Part shown: positions 23,915-38,900 of the stretch, piece after piece
How positions within the stretch are numbered: the first letter of the stretch is position 1
Layout of the letters: each line of letters starts with the position of its first letter
Assembly: GCA_037379345.1 (NCBI GenBank)
Contig: CM074511.1
Coordinates: 67,090,862 to 67,154,861 of the forward strand
Direction of reading: 5' to 3'
DNA: 64,000 nucleotides
Source: Perna viridis
Taxonomy: Eukaryota
Notes under the pieces: model-generated
Database searches by the model: none
The model's input: only the letters and a program-made list of their open reading frames with translations
Told to the model about the DNA's origin: nothing
Made by a program: the position numbers and the translations under genes

Positions 23915-26900
23915 TCATGATTGTAGTGCAGTTTGTTTAAAAGATTCAAACAAATTATACAGGCTATGTTCTGCAGATGTCTGTCCATATTCAGCTTTTA
24001 AAAGGTCAAAGTTTGCACCTAGGTCATGTGACAACATGGCTGTCCTTCTCTCTTCTGCTGCCTCTGAAACTTCCTGAAAAATGTTGAAAAACAGAATGCT
24101 GATTAAATTTCAATATAAAAAGTAAAACAAAAATATAATGAAATTGATTTTAGCATTCAGAAACAAAATGAATGAATTGTTATTATTCAGCTTAATTGTA
24201 AACATGATAGCTTATGCAATCGATAATTTTTAACAATTAAGTTTAATGAACACATTCAAAGTTCAGAAAGGACAAGATATTCTATAGTTGGAGTGCAAGT
24301 GAAGAATAATTTTCACTATTTGACCACCTAAATGATAGCAAAAACTATAGCACCATAGAATGACCTTAATTATAGTAGCCTTTTGTTGTTTCGCAGTGTC
24401 TTGCTGTTCAGTGATATGTGGACCATTGTTTAACAGTTCCAATCTGACTGACAACGAATGGGCTCTGGATTCATTCAATGTTATTTTAACCTACAAGAAA
24501 TAAATACATGTATTATATACAATTATGGATGAAAAACCCATTTTCAATCAATTCTAGAGTTAATTCTAAAGGACAAAAAATTTAACACATGTTGTTAAAA
24601 CAGTACACTTTAGTTTATTTATCACATTTTGTGTACTACTTACAGTGATGTGATTCAGAAGTGTGTACGTCTGGGACTCATACATGCTATTAACAATGAT
24701 AGAGTGGTCTGTCCTCTGTATAGATCCCCCAGTCCACTCAGGTTCAGCGCCTGGCTGTACATGTATCACCTGTCCATCTTTACTTCTCAGGTAAACTGGT
24801 CCTTTTATACCATATCTGTCAATAAAATAAGAAAACATATATATCTATTACATATCTATCATTAGGATTACAAAGTTTATAGTTCAGTTGTTGTTCACAG
24901 TATTAAAATCATAAGTTTAGTTTACAACACATTAATGTTTTATTAAGGCATATGGTCCAGTGCAACAAAACTTGAAATAACAATTAATACTGAAAATAAT
25001 TCTTTTTTTTATTTATTGACATCATGAAATCCCATGACTAAGGAGTTAAATAGGAAGTTAAGAATACTGTAAACATACAAATTTGCTTTTTTCGCGGAGG
25101 ACAGAAAACTGTGAAAAAAAGTACACACGAAATTGATTTTCAACACTATATAATGCTAATCATTTTTTGAAACTGCAAAAATTAATACTGGCGAATATGT
25201 TTACTTGACAGAATCAGAGAAAATTAGAAACAGCAAAAATTAATATGTTTACAGTATCTCAGACTTCAGTTTTGTGACACAGAGGATCAGGTTGTGTTCT
25301 TGCTACCATTGGGTTTTATACCTCTGATTATCCTATAACAAATTTGCCTTTGACCTTCAAAATGATTGGGTTCAGAATTTTCCTATTAACTTAAAATCAT
25401 GTACAAATTGGGTCAAAATACACAGAAGGATGTTGCTTCTAGTATTCATGAAAATATTATGAAGGGATGGAAAAATATAAGAGAAAACAAGTGGATAGTT
25501 GACACCATTACTTTATTCTTTCCTGAATTTGTTGGGGAGGGGATAAAATACAATATTCAGAACCCAACTGTGTGCATCTTACAGCATCCTTACCTGGGTA
25601 TAAAGACAAAGACACCATTATTCCTCAGCTGGTAAATAATAGCATCAACTACACAGCAATCATCACCTGCATCCTTCCCTTTGAAAAACAGACATTGGAA
25701 CAGCTCCTGTGAGTCTCTCTGGGCATTTTGAGATGCCTGTAATGATTAAAAGATGTAAATGTTGAAAAGACCTGAATTATGTAGTTGGGCTTTGTGTAAA
25801 ATATACTGTATGAAGCCTCAAGGAATTACAAAATCTTACATTACATTACATTACAGTCTTAAATTACAGACATGCCAATAAAATTGGAATTACAGAAAAT
25901 GACATCACAATTTACTTGCAGGGTTAGATAATAAGCATCCTAGTCCTAACTAAAATAGCAGTACCAAATCTGTCTCATAGTCTTGTACACCTTCCTGTAT
26001 TTAAAGGTACAGTCCGGTTTTGTACAATTCATTTTCAGTTTGCTAAAAAATGTAAATAACAGGAAATTGCTGGAGAGTCATTAGGTCATTTATTTAGCCA
26101 ATACTTTTTGTCTCTTGCCTGTGTAAAATTGCCCCAATAAAAATGTTCAGAGAATCTGAAATATGAAATTAGTTGATACCTTTTCACAAGTAAAAATAGG
26201 AATTAGCAATTGCAATCTTTAACTAATAAAATACATGAATAACATTTCTTTTCTGTTGACCACTAGAGTAAAAAATAAGAACTTATTCTCCAAACTGAAG
26301 AATGTGTGATATTACAGCCATATCTTTTTAATGCAAATCTCCATACAATATTCTAACAATGCATAAAAATTTATGAAAATTTATCAATTACACAGGAGGA
26401 AACAGCAAGCTGAAAAATGCCACCATCCAAACCCATATCTTTAACAACACTATATCAAACCCTAATTCCCTACAATAAGCACTTCCTCATACAGCGATAT
26501 AACACTGTATAAAGTTTCATAAGAATCTAGTGAGTAAAACAGAAGGAGTTGTGAACAATGTTATGATAGACAGACACAGACAGATATGGACTGAAACTAA
26601 TCACCCCAAAAATCTTATAGAAGTTCAGATAGAATGATTTGTCTACAAAACAATATTGTTACTTGCTCTGAACCAGCATTTATTTTACACACTTACCCTA
26701 TGTTTCTGATTGATGTGTTCACTTAGTTCATTCAATTCTTTGTTGCCAGGCAACCCTTCATTTCCTGTTTCACCAACAGCTGCCATCAGTTGCCTATGAA
26801 CCTAAAAAACATCAGCACATTTTTGAATTTGTTGTCACATTTCACCAGTGTCTATTCAGTGGTTATTTTTTCTGATGAGATCAACTATGAAAGCTTTAAA

Positions 26901-29900
26901 CAAATATAACACAGGGGGTAAAACTATAGTTTACTCACCAAAACATCAGCATATCTCCTGATAGGTGATGTAAAATGTGTATAGAGGTCTAATGCTAAAC
27001 CATAATGGAAGAACTGATCTCTGGATAAACTTCCTGTAGAAAAATAAGCTGCATTGGACATGGCCTGGGTAGCTAGGCTCCTTAACAGCTGAAAAAGGTT
27101 TACAATAGTTATTATTCATGTATTAGTTTGTTGGAAAAAGAAAGTTGGTTACTAAATGATAAGCAATTCTTCTCCAACATTAAATTAATTTTGACGAGAA
27201 GTGCAACATTTGAGTTGTACTTCTTGTTACAAATTAAGTTTTGCTGTTCTTATACATCAAAAACATTTCTATATTTACATATATATACAAATATTTCCTA
27301 CTCTTAAAAATCCAAATACATGTATTAAAAACATTATCTTTTATTTAAACTAATACCATGTCAGTACCTTATTGACAACATCATCAGAAGGATCTACACA
27401 TTTATCAAGAGATTCTGCTAATGTTTTATTAGACTTAACATCTACTTTGAAACCTTTCACATCAGCACAGCTTTTAAGGTTACTAAACTGTTCATCTCTA
27501 GGTAGAGGATGGTGCCTCAACTGAAATAGAAAAACTATTTATTGATTAAAAACAGTATCTTGTGAAAACCACCTTTATGTACAATTTTATCAAAATTTAG
27601 TGAAACATTAAGGAGGATGTAATATCTGTAAGTTTTTTATTCATGTTTGCCAGGAACCCATAGTGATTTACTATTTTGTGCATATATACTTATTGTGCCC
27701 AATCTTTGTATACAAATTTACCATGTTTAATTGTTTAGTAGAAGTTGAACTTCTACAGAAATTAGAATTTATATCTGTATACTTATAGTTGTATACTATT
27801 CTACATACAGTAGGTCACATTCAAGTAAAGGACTTTTGTCTATAGATTTTAAAGGTAAGAAAGTAAGCTATACTAAGTCTGATGTCAACAATAGCCAACC
27901 CAACAGTTTATTAAACAAAGGTCAAACTGCAAAAATCATTCACCTATCAAATCTCTTGTAGTAGGCAGTTGTACAGGATATATTGCCAATCAAAACTGAT
28001 TTCCTGATTATCAGGCCCTCCATGGTCTCTTTTGAGGATGCCTCATTATCCAATTTAAGCACCATATCCACAAAATGAAATCATTTAAGCAAACCCCCAA
28101 ATAGTTTGTCAAGGTAAAAGGCACCTCCCTTTTTGGGGCAATAAAAAAGTAAAACGAAATGCCTCCTCTTCTCACTGTTTTTTTTGTGAATAATATGAAA
28201 AAATAAAACTTTGAATTGCCTTGCTGAATACCAAATTATTTTCAAGAGCAATTGATCTTGCTTAATTTTAGCAAAAAAAAATAAAAAAAAATGTGAATAT
28301 AAATTGCCGGAAATAAGTCCCTTCAGCATGGAGTACAGCTGCAGTGAGAAGAAAAGAAACTAGGAAACTGAGTTGACATCCTGAAACATGATAATTATGT
28401 GTAAAATCTTTTAATTTGTGTTTTTACTGTGTACTTACCAAGGCACACTGTGAAAAGGCTGCAGCAATCTTCTTGGCAACCCAGTGGTTAGCAAAAATCA
28501 TACATTCTGCTATGGTATCATGGATCTCCATGTGCTGTCAAAAAGAGCCAAATATTTAAGTTAAAACTAGAGGCTCTAAGAGCCTGATTAACTCACTTGG
28601 TAAAAAGTTACTTTTTTTACCTTTCAAGGGCAATAACCCTAATAAGGAATTGGCTTACTATTTGAACTCTCAGGGACGTAAAGAAGGACCCACACAATTT
28701 ATAATTTTTCATTTTTTACCTTTCAAGGACAATAACTCTTACAAGGAGTCACCTGACAGCTTTGATCCCGTCATTACTTTTGTATGCCTTATAATAAGGA
28801 TCATTTCAGCAAATTGAAAGAATTTAGCTTAACCTAACAGTTTTGGAGATACATGTATAAGCGAAAACTACTGTCTGACCCCTATGTTTTATTTTTAGTA
28901 ATGGTAGCCATGTTTTTCGACAGATCAAAAATCTCCACACCAGTTCTATGCAGAACACTCCAAGGAACATTCATACCAAGTTTGGATCCAATAGGTCAAG
29001 TAGTATCAGAGAAGATTTTTGAAAGAAATAACATTAAAAATAGCTAAATAACATTGAAAAAGGGCAATAACCCCAACATGGCTTAACATGTTATAACTAA
29101 AATTTGACTACAGATAGATCTCATCAGGCTTAACACTTGACCCAGACAGAATTTCGCTTAACCTTACAGTTTTGGAGACATATATGAAAAACTACAGTCT
29201 GACCCCTATGTTCTATTTTTATGTAACACCAGCCATGTATTTTGACAGATCAAAAATACCAACATCTGTGTTATGCAGGATACCTGAAGAATCATTCATA
29301 CCAAGTTTGGTTCCAACTTGTCAAGTAGTGTCAGAGAAAAGTTTCTAACAATTGTTAACGAGGGAGATGGTGGATGACGATGATGACAGATGACGAAGGG
29401 CGCAAGTGATGGCAATAGCTCACATGGCCTTCATTCAGGCAAGCAAAAAAGGAGTCATCACACAACCTGGTCCTTTAAAGAACTTTTCTAGGCCTTATCA
29501 TAAGGAAAAATCCTAGATTTAAAGTTTCTTTCTGTCTATATTTCTGTCTAAGTTTTCAAGTTATATGCTAAAAACCACAGAAATATTTGACCTTTAAAGT
29601 GCAATAACTTTCTGGATGGGACCTCCCCTCTTCATATAAATTCCACCCTGAGTTAAGTTCAATAACATACATCTTTAGGAGTAAGATCTTGTATACTCTT
29701 AGTTTCTGTCAGTTGGACTTGAACTTCCACACTTTCTAGCTCTAGAGCACCTCCCCTGACTCTCTTAATCTTTAACTTTTTAGCTACATTCATCAGTTCG
29801 TTGACAGCAAATGTCAGTCCATTCACCCTAAATCAAAATAAGAGACTTACAGATGAATAAGATAAGATAAGGGCCATATTTACATATAGGAGGCATATAG

Positions 29901-32900
29901 AATAACAATTCAAAAGATAAATGCATATCCTTCTCAAATATGTACAGTAAGTTACAATAGTCTATTTTTCATGAAAAAAAATAATATAATGCTATCTTTT
30001 TAACTAGATTTTTTTCTATCATTATAAATTTGGAATTAAGCAGCTAAATAAAATACACTCATACACATATACCTGAAATTATACATATTGGCAAGAATGT
30101 CTAAGAAATGCTTCCTTGCTCGTTCGCTATACAAAATGTATAGCAATGAAACAGTTAGCACACTCCTCTTAAGGCATTCTAAATTGCTTAGATATCTTAT
30201 TTCACTTGGCAAGCTATTCCAAATTATTAGACTAAAGTGTTGAAAAGCTCCATTAACATATTCAAAATTTGACCTTTTCTCTCAGTTAGTCTTGCATTAA
30301 ATAAAGTTAAAATAAAGATGAATTAGGTTTGATGTGTTAGTAGAATCTTGTTTTCATTTGAATATTTTCCAAGGTTGTCACTAGGTAGAGATCAGACTAG
30401 GACCCCTGAGCGTTGCAAGTCCCAGGGAGCCCTGTGGTTTGTAAGTCATTCAACTCATAACCATAAGTCATCATGTGTCTGAAGGGCATAAAGCCCAACA
30501 GGTAAGAATTAACTCTACCTGATGACAACTGAGCTTTGGGTTAAGAAAATATATATCACTTTTATACATATGTTTCGAGAAGGTCTAAATGTTAATTTCC
30601 ATCTGCAATGCTTTTTTATTTAAACAAGAAATCTGTTATCATTCCACTGTACCTTTCAATAAAAATTTATTTCTTCAATTGTATTAAATTCTGGTAAGCT
30701 AACATAAAAGAATTAGTCAAAATTATGATTTTGTATTCTATAAGGGGAGATAACACAGTTTTGACTGCCAGTCCATTCAAAGGAATTTAGGTTTGTTATC
30801 TATTTTCAGTAAAGAGTTAAATTTTAAACCTATAACAAGATAGTAAACGGTTGAGCAGCTGTACTACAAATATGACCTAGAAGAAAATGGCATTAAACCA
30901 AAAATGTAATACAGAACCAATTATACATAATTAAGCTACAAGTCATCTTTTAATCCCAAAATTAACCTTACGCACAATTTCACATACAAGGGGTGGAAAC
31001 AAAATAAAAGATTGTACATAGAAAGAAATCAAACATTGTTTGACAAATTTCCATCAGTGATTGTTTTACCTATCAACTAATTCTTCGCCATTCAGCCCTT
31101 GAAGCTCAGGCACATTATCTATAATATCACTTAGTGAAGCACCATCATGGATTGATTGAGCCAGCTGAAAACATCATAGAATTTTACAGATAATAACAAC
31201 TGAGTAAAATCAAAACTTTAAATCAAGAATAAAGAGTACCCAACAGTATTTTTTTTATTGACTTCATTATTGCAAGAAAAAAATCTATTTGAAGGAATTG
31301 ATTGTGTTAAAGTAAATAAAGTCAGCTTACTGTTAACTCAAAACTTTGTGCACCAATTTACTACTATATTTTACTGCATAATTTTTAATAAGTTCTTTAC
31401 AAAACTGATATAAAATAAACAATGAAATAATTTCTAAAATCACAGTATTTATTTGCAATTTTGGATTATTTTGAAGCAAACAACGGATAATTATATAAAT
31501 GAGTAAACAGGAAACTTTTTTTTAGATAAGTTAATTTTACTTTTAGAATATTAATAAACAGTCACACACTCTACCCCAGAATTAGCTCTAATTTTCCCCC
31601 AACACCCACTAACATGGAATCATGGACTAACAGAATAACACTTGATCAGTTCTCACCTCATAAAACAATTTATACTGTGACCTGATGATTGTTTTTCCAT
31701 ACCAAACATTGACAACTTCATAATTAGAATCTAACTCCCATATCACACTCACAGCATACCTGCAACAGTATCTAGAGGTTATTACCACTAATGTTTAAGG
31801 AATGACTGTTATATTGTTTCAGTCTATGAGGAAATAACCTCAATCATATGGTGCACACTAATTAACCTGCAGATTATTTTCAAGTGTGCACCACAGGCAT
31901 TGAGGTTATTTCAAACAGACCGAAAAATATAAGAGACGTTATTTATAATTTAATTTCAGTATCAAAATTTAAGGAGTAAATCAGCAAAACAGACATGAAA
32001 ACATGAAGTGTTGGATCAAGCTGAACAAAAATCTAATTATTTATAGAAGCCTCTCCTAACATATCATCATTCCTGTATAGGGCTAAATCAATTATCAATA
32101 TATGCAAAAAAAATTCGAGGACAATAACTGTAGACTGTATTTAATAAAACATTGTTTTAAAATCTGATCAGGATTTTTGTTGATTAGTCAAAATATACAT
32201 TTCATCGATGGAAAGTTTTAGTCAGTAAAACTGCAAAAATCATCATTTGTGGGAAATAATTGTAATAATGAGTCATTAATCATAAAGACTTCTGATAGCC
32301 TTATCACAAAGATCGTCTCACCAATTGCATATGTATCTTCTTTTCTTTTATGGATTCATGATATAAGCTATAAATTTCAAAACAGCATTATTTTTGGCTT
32401 TTCTAAGAAAGAGTTGTCCAACAACTTCTACCCAATAAGACTGTAATAGAGCTTTTCAAGGTCAATGAGGAATATCACATTTATTTTTCAATATCTTTTA
32501 TAGGGAAGGAGCATCAGTGACATCATACATATGTAGAATGAATGGCTCAAAATCTTTCTGTCACAAGTGACAAATTTCAGAAGTGACATATTTTTAGATT
32601 ATGACATATACTGTTAGTATGTGATTGTTTGAGGTTTTAACACATCATGTTTTACAGGAAGTCTCTGATATTTTCATTGGTCGAGACATCAGTATTATAA
32701 CAACATAACGGTGTATTATTAATAAAGTTAAATGTAATGAGTAGTACAAAGAGTTCCATCCCTCATAGGCAAAGCCTAAAATAAATTATATTATAAGTTA
32801 TAAGCTCCCAGGTGATCATCTATGATTATTTAGACATTCAGTAGATTCTATTAGAGGGTGAGGTGTTAGCAAAATCTCTCCAACAGATCTACTGACTGTC

Positions 32901-35900
32901 TAAATAATAATATATGGTTATGGGAGCTTATGGCTAAAAACCACTAATTCCACTTCCCATAGGCTTCTATGCTAATTTGACAATATTCAATGGCTTCTCT
33001 GGACTTTACCTTAACTTTAACCTGCAGAGGACTATATATCAGCATGATTCTACATATGTCAGCTCACAATCCTCAGAATGGCATGTGGGGTTAGCAGACT
33101 TGCAGTGCAGTACTGGTCACCAGAAGTGAAGGGTCTATAAATAGCATGGGAAATCCCAGTGTTTTCACAAGATAGGGGTATATTTAGAAACCATTATGGA
33201 GATTAGGCTTCACATCACAAGAACCAAAATGCACCTATAAAATGTACAGAAATGTTTTTCCTTTCAGAAACTGTTTAAATTTTTTAAATAAGATGAGAAC
33301 TTTTTTCACAGCACTATGAGGAACAGGGGTAATTTCTGCGTAGGACTATTTTTGCGTACGTTCCAAATGCTCATTGGTTGAATTGGTGGTCTGTAACCTT
33401 ATTTACTATTTTGCTTATCTGTATCATGAGAAAATGAATTAATCTTTGTATCAAACTACATTTCTTTGAAGTTATTCAGTGGTTACTAGGTAAAATCTAT
33501 TTTTATCTTGGCATCCAGGTCAAATGTACACACTGGCCAGTGGCATGATTGAACTATTCAGGTCAAATTGTTTAAAAGTACACACTTAGCATGTGTTGTT
33601 TCATTGAAAGAGCTATATTAGTCTCAACTTCATTCTGCAACCATTGTTATCATTGATGGATGGATATTCCTTTTAATGTCATTTGCATATTGTTCATTGA
33701 AATACAATGGCGGATGGATTTTTCTTCATTTGCATATTTGCTGCATCTGTTATTTGGACGAATGGCTTTATCCAATCACAAGTGGTCAACACAATGCAAA
33801 ATCGAAACAATAGTTTTTGAGATATGCAAGTAGCCAAAGTTTACACTTAATCTGTAATATTAAGAAGATGAATCTGGTAGCAATCCACTGAGCAATTCTA
33901 TGAGAGAAAATTATGAAGGAAAAGATACATACTACAATGGAGAACAGACTACCCAAGCAAATGGTTGACAGTAGTTAACATTAGGTCCAAGTGAGCTAAT
34001 TATTAGTTATTACATAATCAATACCCATTTTTAATACTATATTTAATATTTTCAAGTTTTGATACATCAGTATTTCCAATCAAACATGACATAAATCACT
34101 GCAGGAAACCCATACTCATTTCAAAGAATGCTTCAAAGGATTTTAACTTTCTTCTAGTGGCTGGAGTACGATTTTCTTTTTGGAAGGGAGATAACTATGA
34201 TTGTGCCAATCTATTATATTGACTTACTCCTGCCAAAATGTCACAACACAAAATTAATCAGCCAATCACAAAATTTAAAAATTGATGTTGAAAATACCAA
34301 TAGATAAAGAGAAAATCTATCTGATAAGTAGTATTATCAATTGGTTGTAGTGAATAATCAAAATAAAATAACTTTTACCAAGAATGCTTGAAAATTTGAC
34401 TCATGTGGAGAACAAGTTCTACACAATAAAAAGATATGTTACTCTCTTTTTTCAAAGGAATCAGAATAATGCTTGATTCTAAGGTTGACAGCTGCTTTAT
34501 AATTGATCAGCAAGACCTATACATGCCTGGACCTGCATAACCATCATATATTCATAAGCACATATAAGTTAGATTTGTAAGCACATAAGTATCTTCAATA
34601 TGTATACATGTTGATGTATAAGCACTAAGCAATATGTATATTAATGCTAAACAAAATAAAAAAAAAATTAGAATGAAGTTGCATGCACTGTCTTGAGCAG
34701 ACACTGTAGTGCTACGCGTACTCGACTCATACAGGAAGTTGATAATGGAGAGCAACCAAAATCACTTACAACATACGCCTCCTCTATATAAAGCCACACA
34801 TCAAATTTGAAATAAATCCATCTATTGTCAGCCAGATTTTTGTGACGACAATTTTCCCCATCATCCCTCATAGTGAAAAATCCCATGAAAGAGGAAGCTG
34901 ATATTGGACAGCACACAAAATAAAATGCATGCTCCATCTATATGAAATCATTCAGTAGGAGCTAAGATAATTGTGATTAATTCAGACAGATGATGAACGG
35001 AATGTTGGAATGACAGACAGACAAGGTGATTCCAAAATACCACCTACTCGTTAAGTGGGGGTATAACTACATATGTTTTTATATCAAAATGATAGTATAT
35101 ACTGCAGAAAAGTGGCCAAGTTCAACAAAAATTTTTACTCAAAACTGAAATTTGCAGTGTTTGTTTTTGCTACATTTTTTTTTTTACAGAAATTGAAGTA
35201 ACTTATTACAATTAAAGCTGAAATTCAATTAAGATGGGAAAAATTTCTATGAATGCAGCTAAATCTCCGGCTTTGATAACAGATCCTTAAGCAGGAGAAT
35301 GTTGAATTTTTCATGAAATATTGGGAAGCTCCTACTGAAAGCAGGAGACTTTTAAAACACCTATGTAAAACTGTGGGAAAAATATTAACATATTCCAAAG
35401 TTTGCATGTGCACATTCTTTCTTTCATCTTAAATGATTGCAATACATTTTATTTCTTTTACTTACCTGTCTACACCGCTAATAAGTGAACACAAATTTGC
35501 ACTGAGAATTCCTGGTAACATATCATATCGTCTATCTGCCAGATATACTGTCGTAGATCTATTTTTAGCTTCCTGATCCGTCAATGATCCAGGCTTCACA
35601 AAATGTGTTACGTCAGCAATATGTACTCCTAACTCAATATTGCCATTTTCTAAGTGCCTGAAATAGTTTTACCAGTATAAATATATAGTCATAAATGTTA
35701 CCAGCATAAATATACAGTCATAAATAAGTATTATACAGATAGTATGTAAGCACGTACAATTATTATACTGTGTCCAAACCAGCCTTCAATAGAAAGACAT
35801 CCCTCTACCATTTTGATAGGCATCAAATGTCCTTCAGAAGATAATTACTTGTATCATAACTTATCATTTATTTTTTAATCACAATAAATAGCAATTTTTA

Positions 35901-38900
35901 AATTGAAGTATGTTTTAGAAACAAAGAAATAATTAAAATACTAGATTAGTTATTATAGAACCCAAAATACAGGCAAATGTATATAAGATATGTACTTTTG
36001 ATTTCAATATAATACACTTAGGTATCCTTTTTTCTATGACAGAGCCCTCTTCCCTTATTTCTGGAAAACTTGAATGTCTTCAAGCAGTTCATAAGTGTAT
36101 CCACATCATTTTTCCCTATTTTCTCCTTAATGTTCTCATAAACTGAAAGAATGACATGAAAAAAACTAAATAAAAATTACTCTTGGGTATTCCCCGCATT
36201 CGTGATCATGATTTAATTTGTAGACAAGAACTAGAATCAACATTACCTGACAGACAATGTATCATCCACATCTTCACACCCTTTGGGATCAATACTAAAT
36301 ATCAAGTGACTTTCACGTAGATCTAGTCTTTTCTTCTGCTCAGAGTCTTCTATTTTCCATGGATTGTCTTTGGTATCCACTGGCAAATCTTTCATCTGAA
36401 GCAGATCAGTGCTTTTTACAATATATAGTTCCTCTTTTGAACATAACCAGATTTCAAGGTTTTCAACAAAATATACAGATGTACAACGTACAAAATAATT
36501 TCTGTTAGAATGTATTGTTCCAGTAATAGATCAAAATTTAAAAATTGCGATCACATCCCTTGATTAAAGAATACTATACATTACCAGTATTTTTCACACA
36601 ACACGGTTAACTATAAAAAGATTAAAATGGCAACTGAATTGACATTTTGCCAACCCAAGAGTCTTGGGATCCAGTTTCATCCTCAAATTGATAGTATCTT
36701 CAAATTCTTCAAGACTTCCTTAAATACCTAAATCTAGCAATCTGATTTGTCAATTTTAAAGTTAACAATAAATTTGAGGAAATCCTCAATTTAAAATTTT
36801 TTAAATGAAGTCAGGGACATGTTTATGAAAGAATCTCAAATTCTTCTGTAACAATCAAAGAACTTGAAATCTCAATTTGAAATCTTGATTAGAAATTTTT
36901 TTAATGAAACCCAGACCAGGCTTGAATTACTTACCTGTGCATCAGAGAATGGTGGAACACTAATGTTGTTCTCTATAAGAATGGCAGAGATTTCTGTTTC
37001 TAAGTCTCCAATCTTCCCCGGACTTCTGACAAAGTGCCCGTTTGGATACTGTGAGTCTACATCCCATGAATCAATCCTAACAATAATTCTATGGTCCTTT
37101 AGTTGTTCAACTTGTCTCGTACTAATTCTAATTTTAGGAATTCTATAGTCCCAGGGAATAACCAATACTTTTCCACCTTTCTGACTTGTTTTCTAAAATA
37201 ATGCAATATTCTTAGTTGCAAAATGAAGGAATTTTTGCTGAGATTCAGTTATAATTTCTGAAGTGCCAAACCAGACCTGGTAGCTTAAAATACTTACATT
37301 CTATAGAGTTTAAGTTATTCACATACGGCAATGTGTGTTTAATATTGCATATAAAGTTATACTTGTTAAAAAATTCAGTTCTATTAAATAAATACCTATG
37401 TACATTACATATTCCTCATAATCAAAATACAAATATTGAAGACCATATCTATATATTTCTATGTGCTGTCTAACCTCATCTTCTGCAAAAGCTGCCACAT
37501 ATTCCCTCCAATTTCTCTGTGTAACCCCAACAACTTGACCTGTTGGCATGACATTAGAATCCTCATCAGTGTCGTCTGCTTCAGTTGAAGTTTCACCTGA
37601 AGAAAAACAAAACAAAGGAGTTAAATTTGAGAAAAACAAACAAATACTACATATTCTACTTGTTCTATTTCATACTTGTTTTAAAAAAAAAACAAACTTC
37701 CTTAACACATACAGGGATAGTGCTGGACTTCGCAAATGTCACAATTTGCAATTTTTTATTTGATCTGGCGACAAAAATAACAAGATGGTAATTTTGTATA
37801 TTAAAATTGACATGAAGTTTGTCAGCAACGGATATTCTCTCAAATTAAACAATTGTGTTGACACCTGGTCAGTTAATTGACCATAACCAATTTACGACTG
37901 AAGCCAATCAAGGATCATTAGACCTGATAACCGTGACTCACAATATCCTCATGGGAGGTGTCAATCAGATGTAAATATATTATTGAGCCAATCAAACCTC
38001 TCATCATCTGGTCAAAAGTTAACACAATCATGGCCATCTGTACATAGCCACATACAAGCTTCACAGCCATGTTAACCCATATAATACATTCAGAAACAGA
38101 TTTACCTTATAACAATATAAATTAAATCCCATGAACAATGAATATCCTATCAGGAAGTGTCTAAAACACTTCGAAATGCAAGAATTGACAAAGAAAAAAT
38201 AACATTTGTTTACACTTTTGCCATGTGGCTTTTTTGGTGGGAAAATCAGTACACAAATTTAATGGAGAGTCCCAACACCTAATTATGGAAACACTGAAGA
38301 TATCAAGCAGGAGTATAAGAGAACATGAGATTATTAAAAAGGGACACAATAAATGATCCATGGTAGTTTGCTATAAATTTTATCACTTGAAAAAAGAATC
38401 AAAGTTTGTTTGAAATTTATGAATAAAAAAACAAATTATATTTTAAAATAAATTTAAGTAGACCACAAAGGACAAAGGTCAACATGTTTTAAAACCAGGG
38501 ACTAAATGAACAGTAATATAAAGTCCTTGATAGAAATTAGACACCTGTTTCTTGAGTAGTACTTTATTTTTTTGCATATGAAAGTGACTATTGGTTTTAG
38601 ATCCTAAGAATAGAGCTGAAAACCTGCTTAATACATGCATCAAGAGTGAATCATGGGTACATGTATGTATGTATGTATGTATATCATGAATGAAGGGGTT
38701 ATATGATGAATTGACAAAGACAACTCATCAGTGGATTTAATGCTGACATATTTTCTGAAAATTGGCGAAAAAAATTGGTAGCTGTCGATTTTTCTGGCAA
38801 CAGAATTTTGGAAGCCAGAGCAGCCCCGACATATTTTGGAAATATCTTCTTGTTCAGACTTAGTCATTAGGCATAAGTTTATACTTAGGAGGCCCTCTGG

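Noticed and set aside
38700-38740. Minus-strand CTGATGAG as a hammerhead core
   Set aside because: No GAAA after the putative stem II and no stems I or III.
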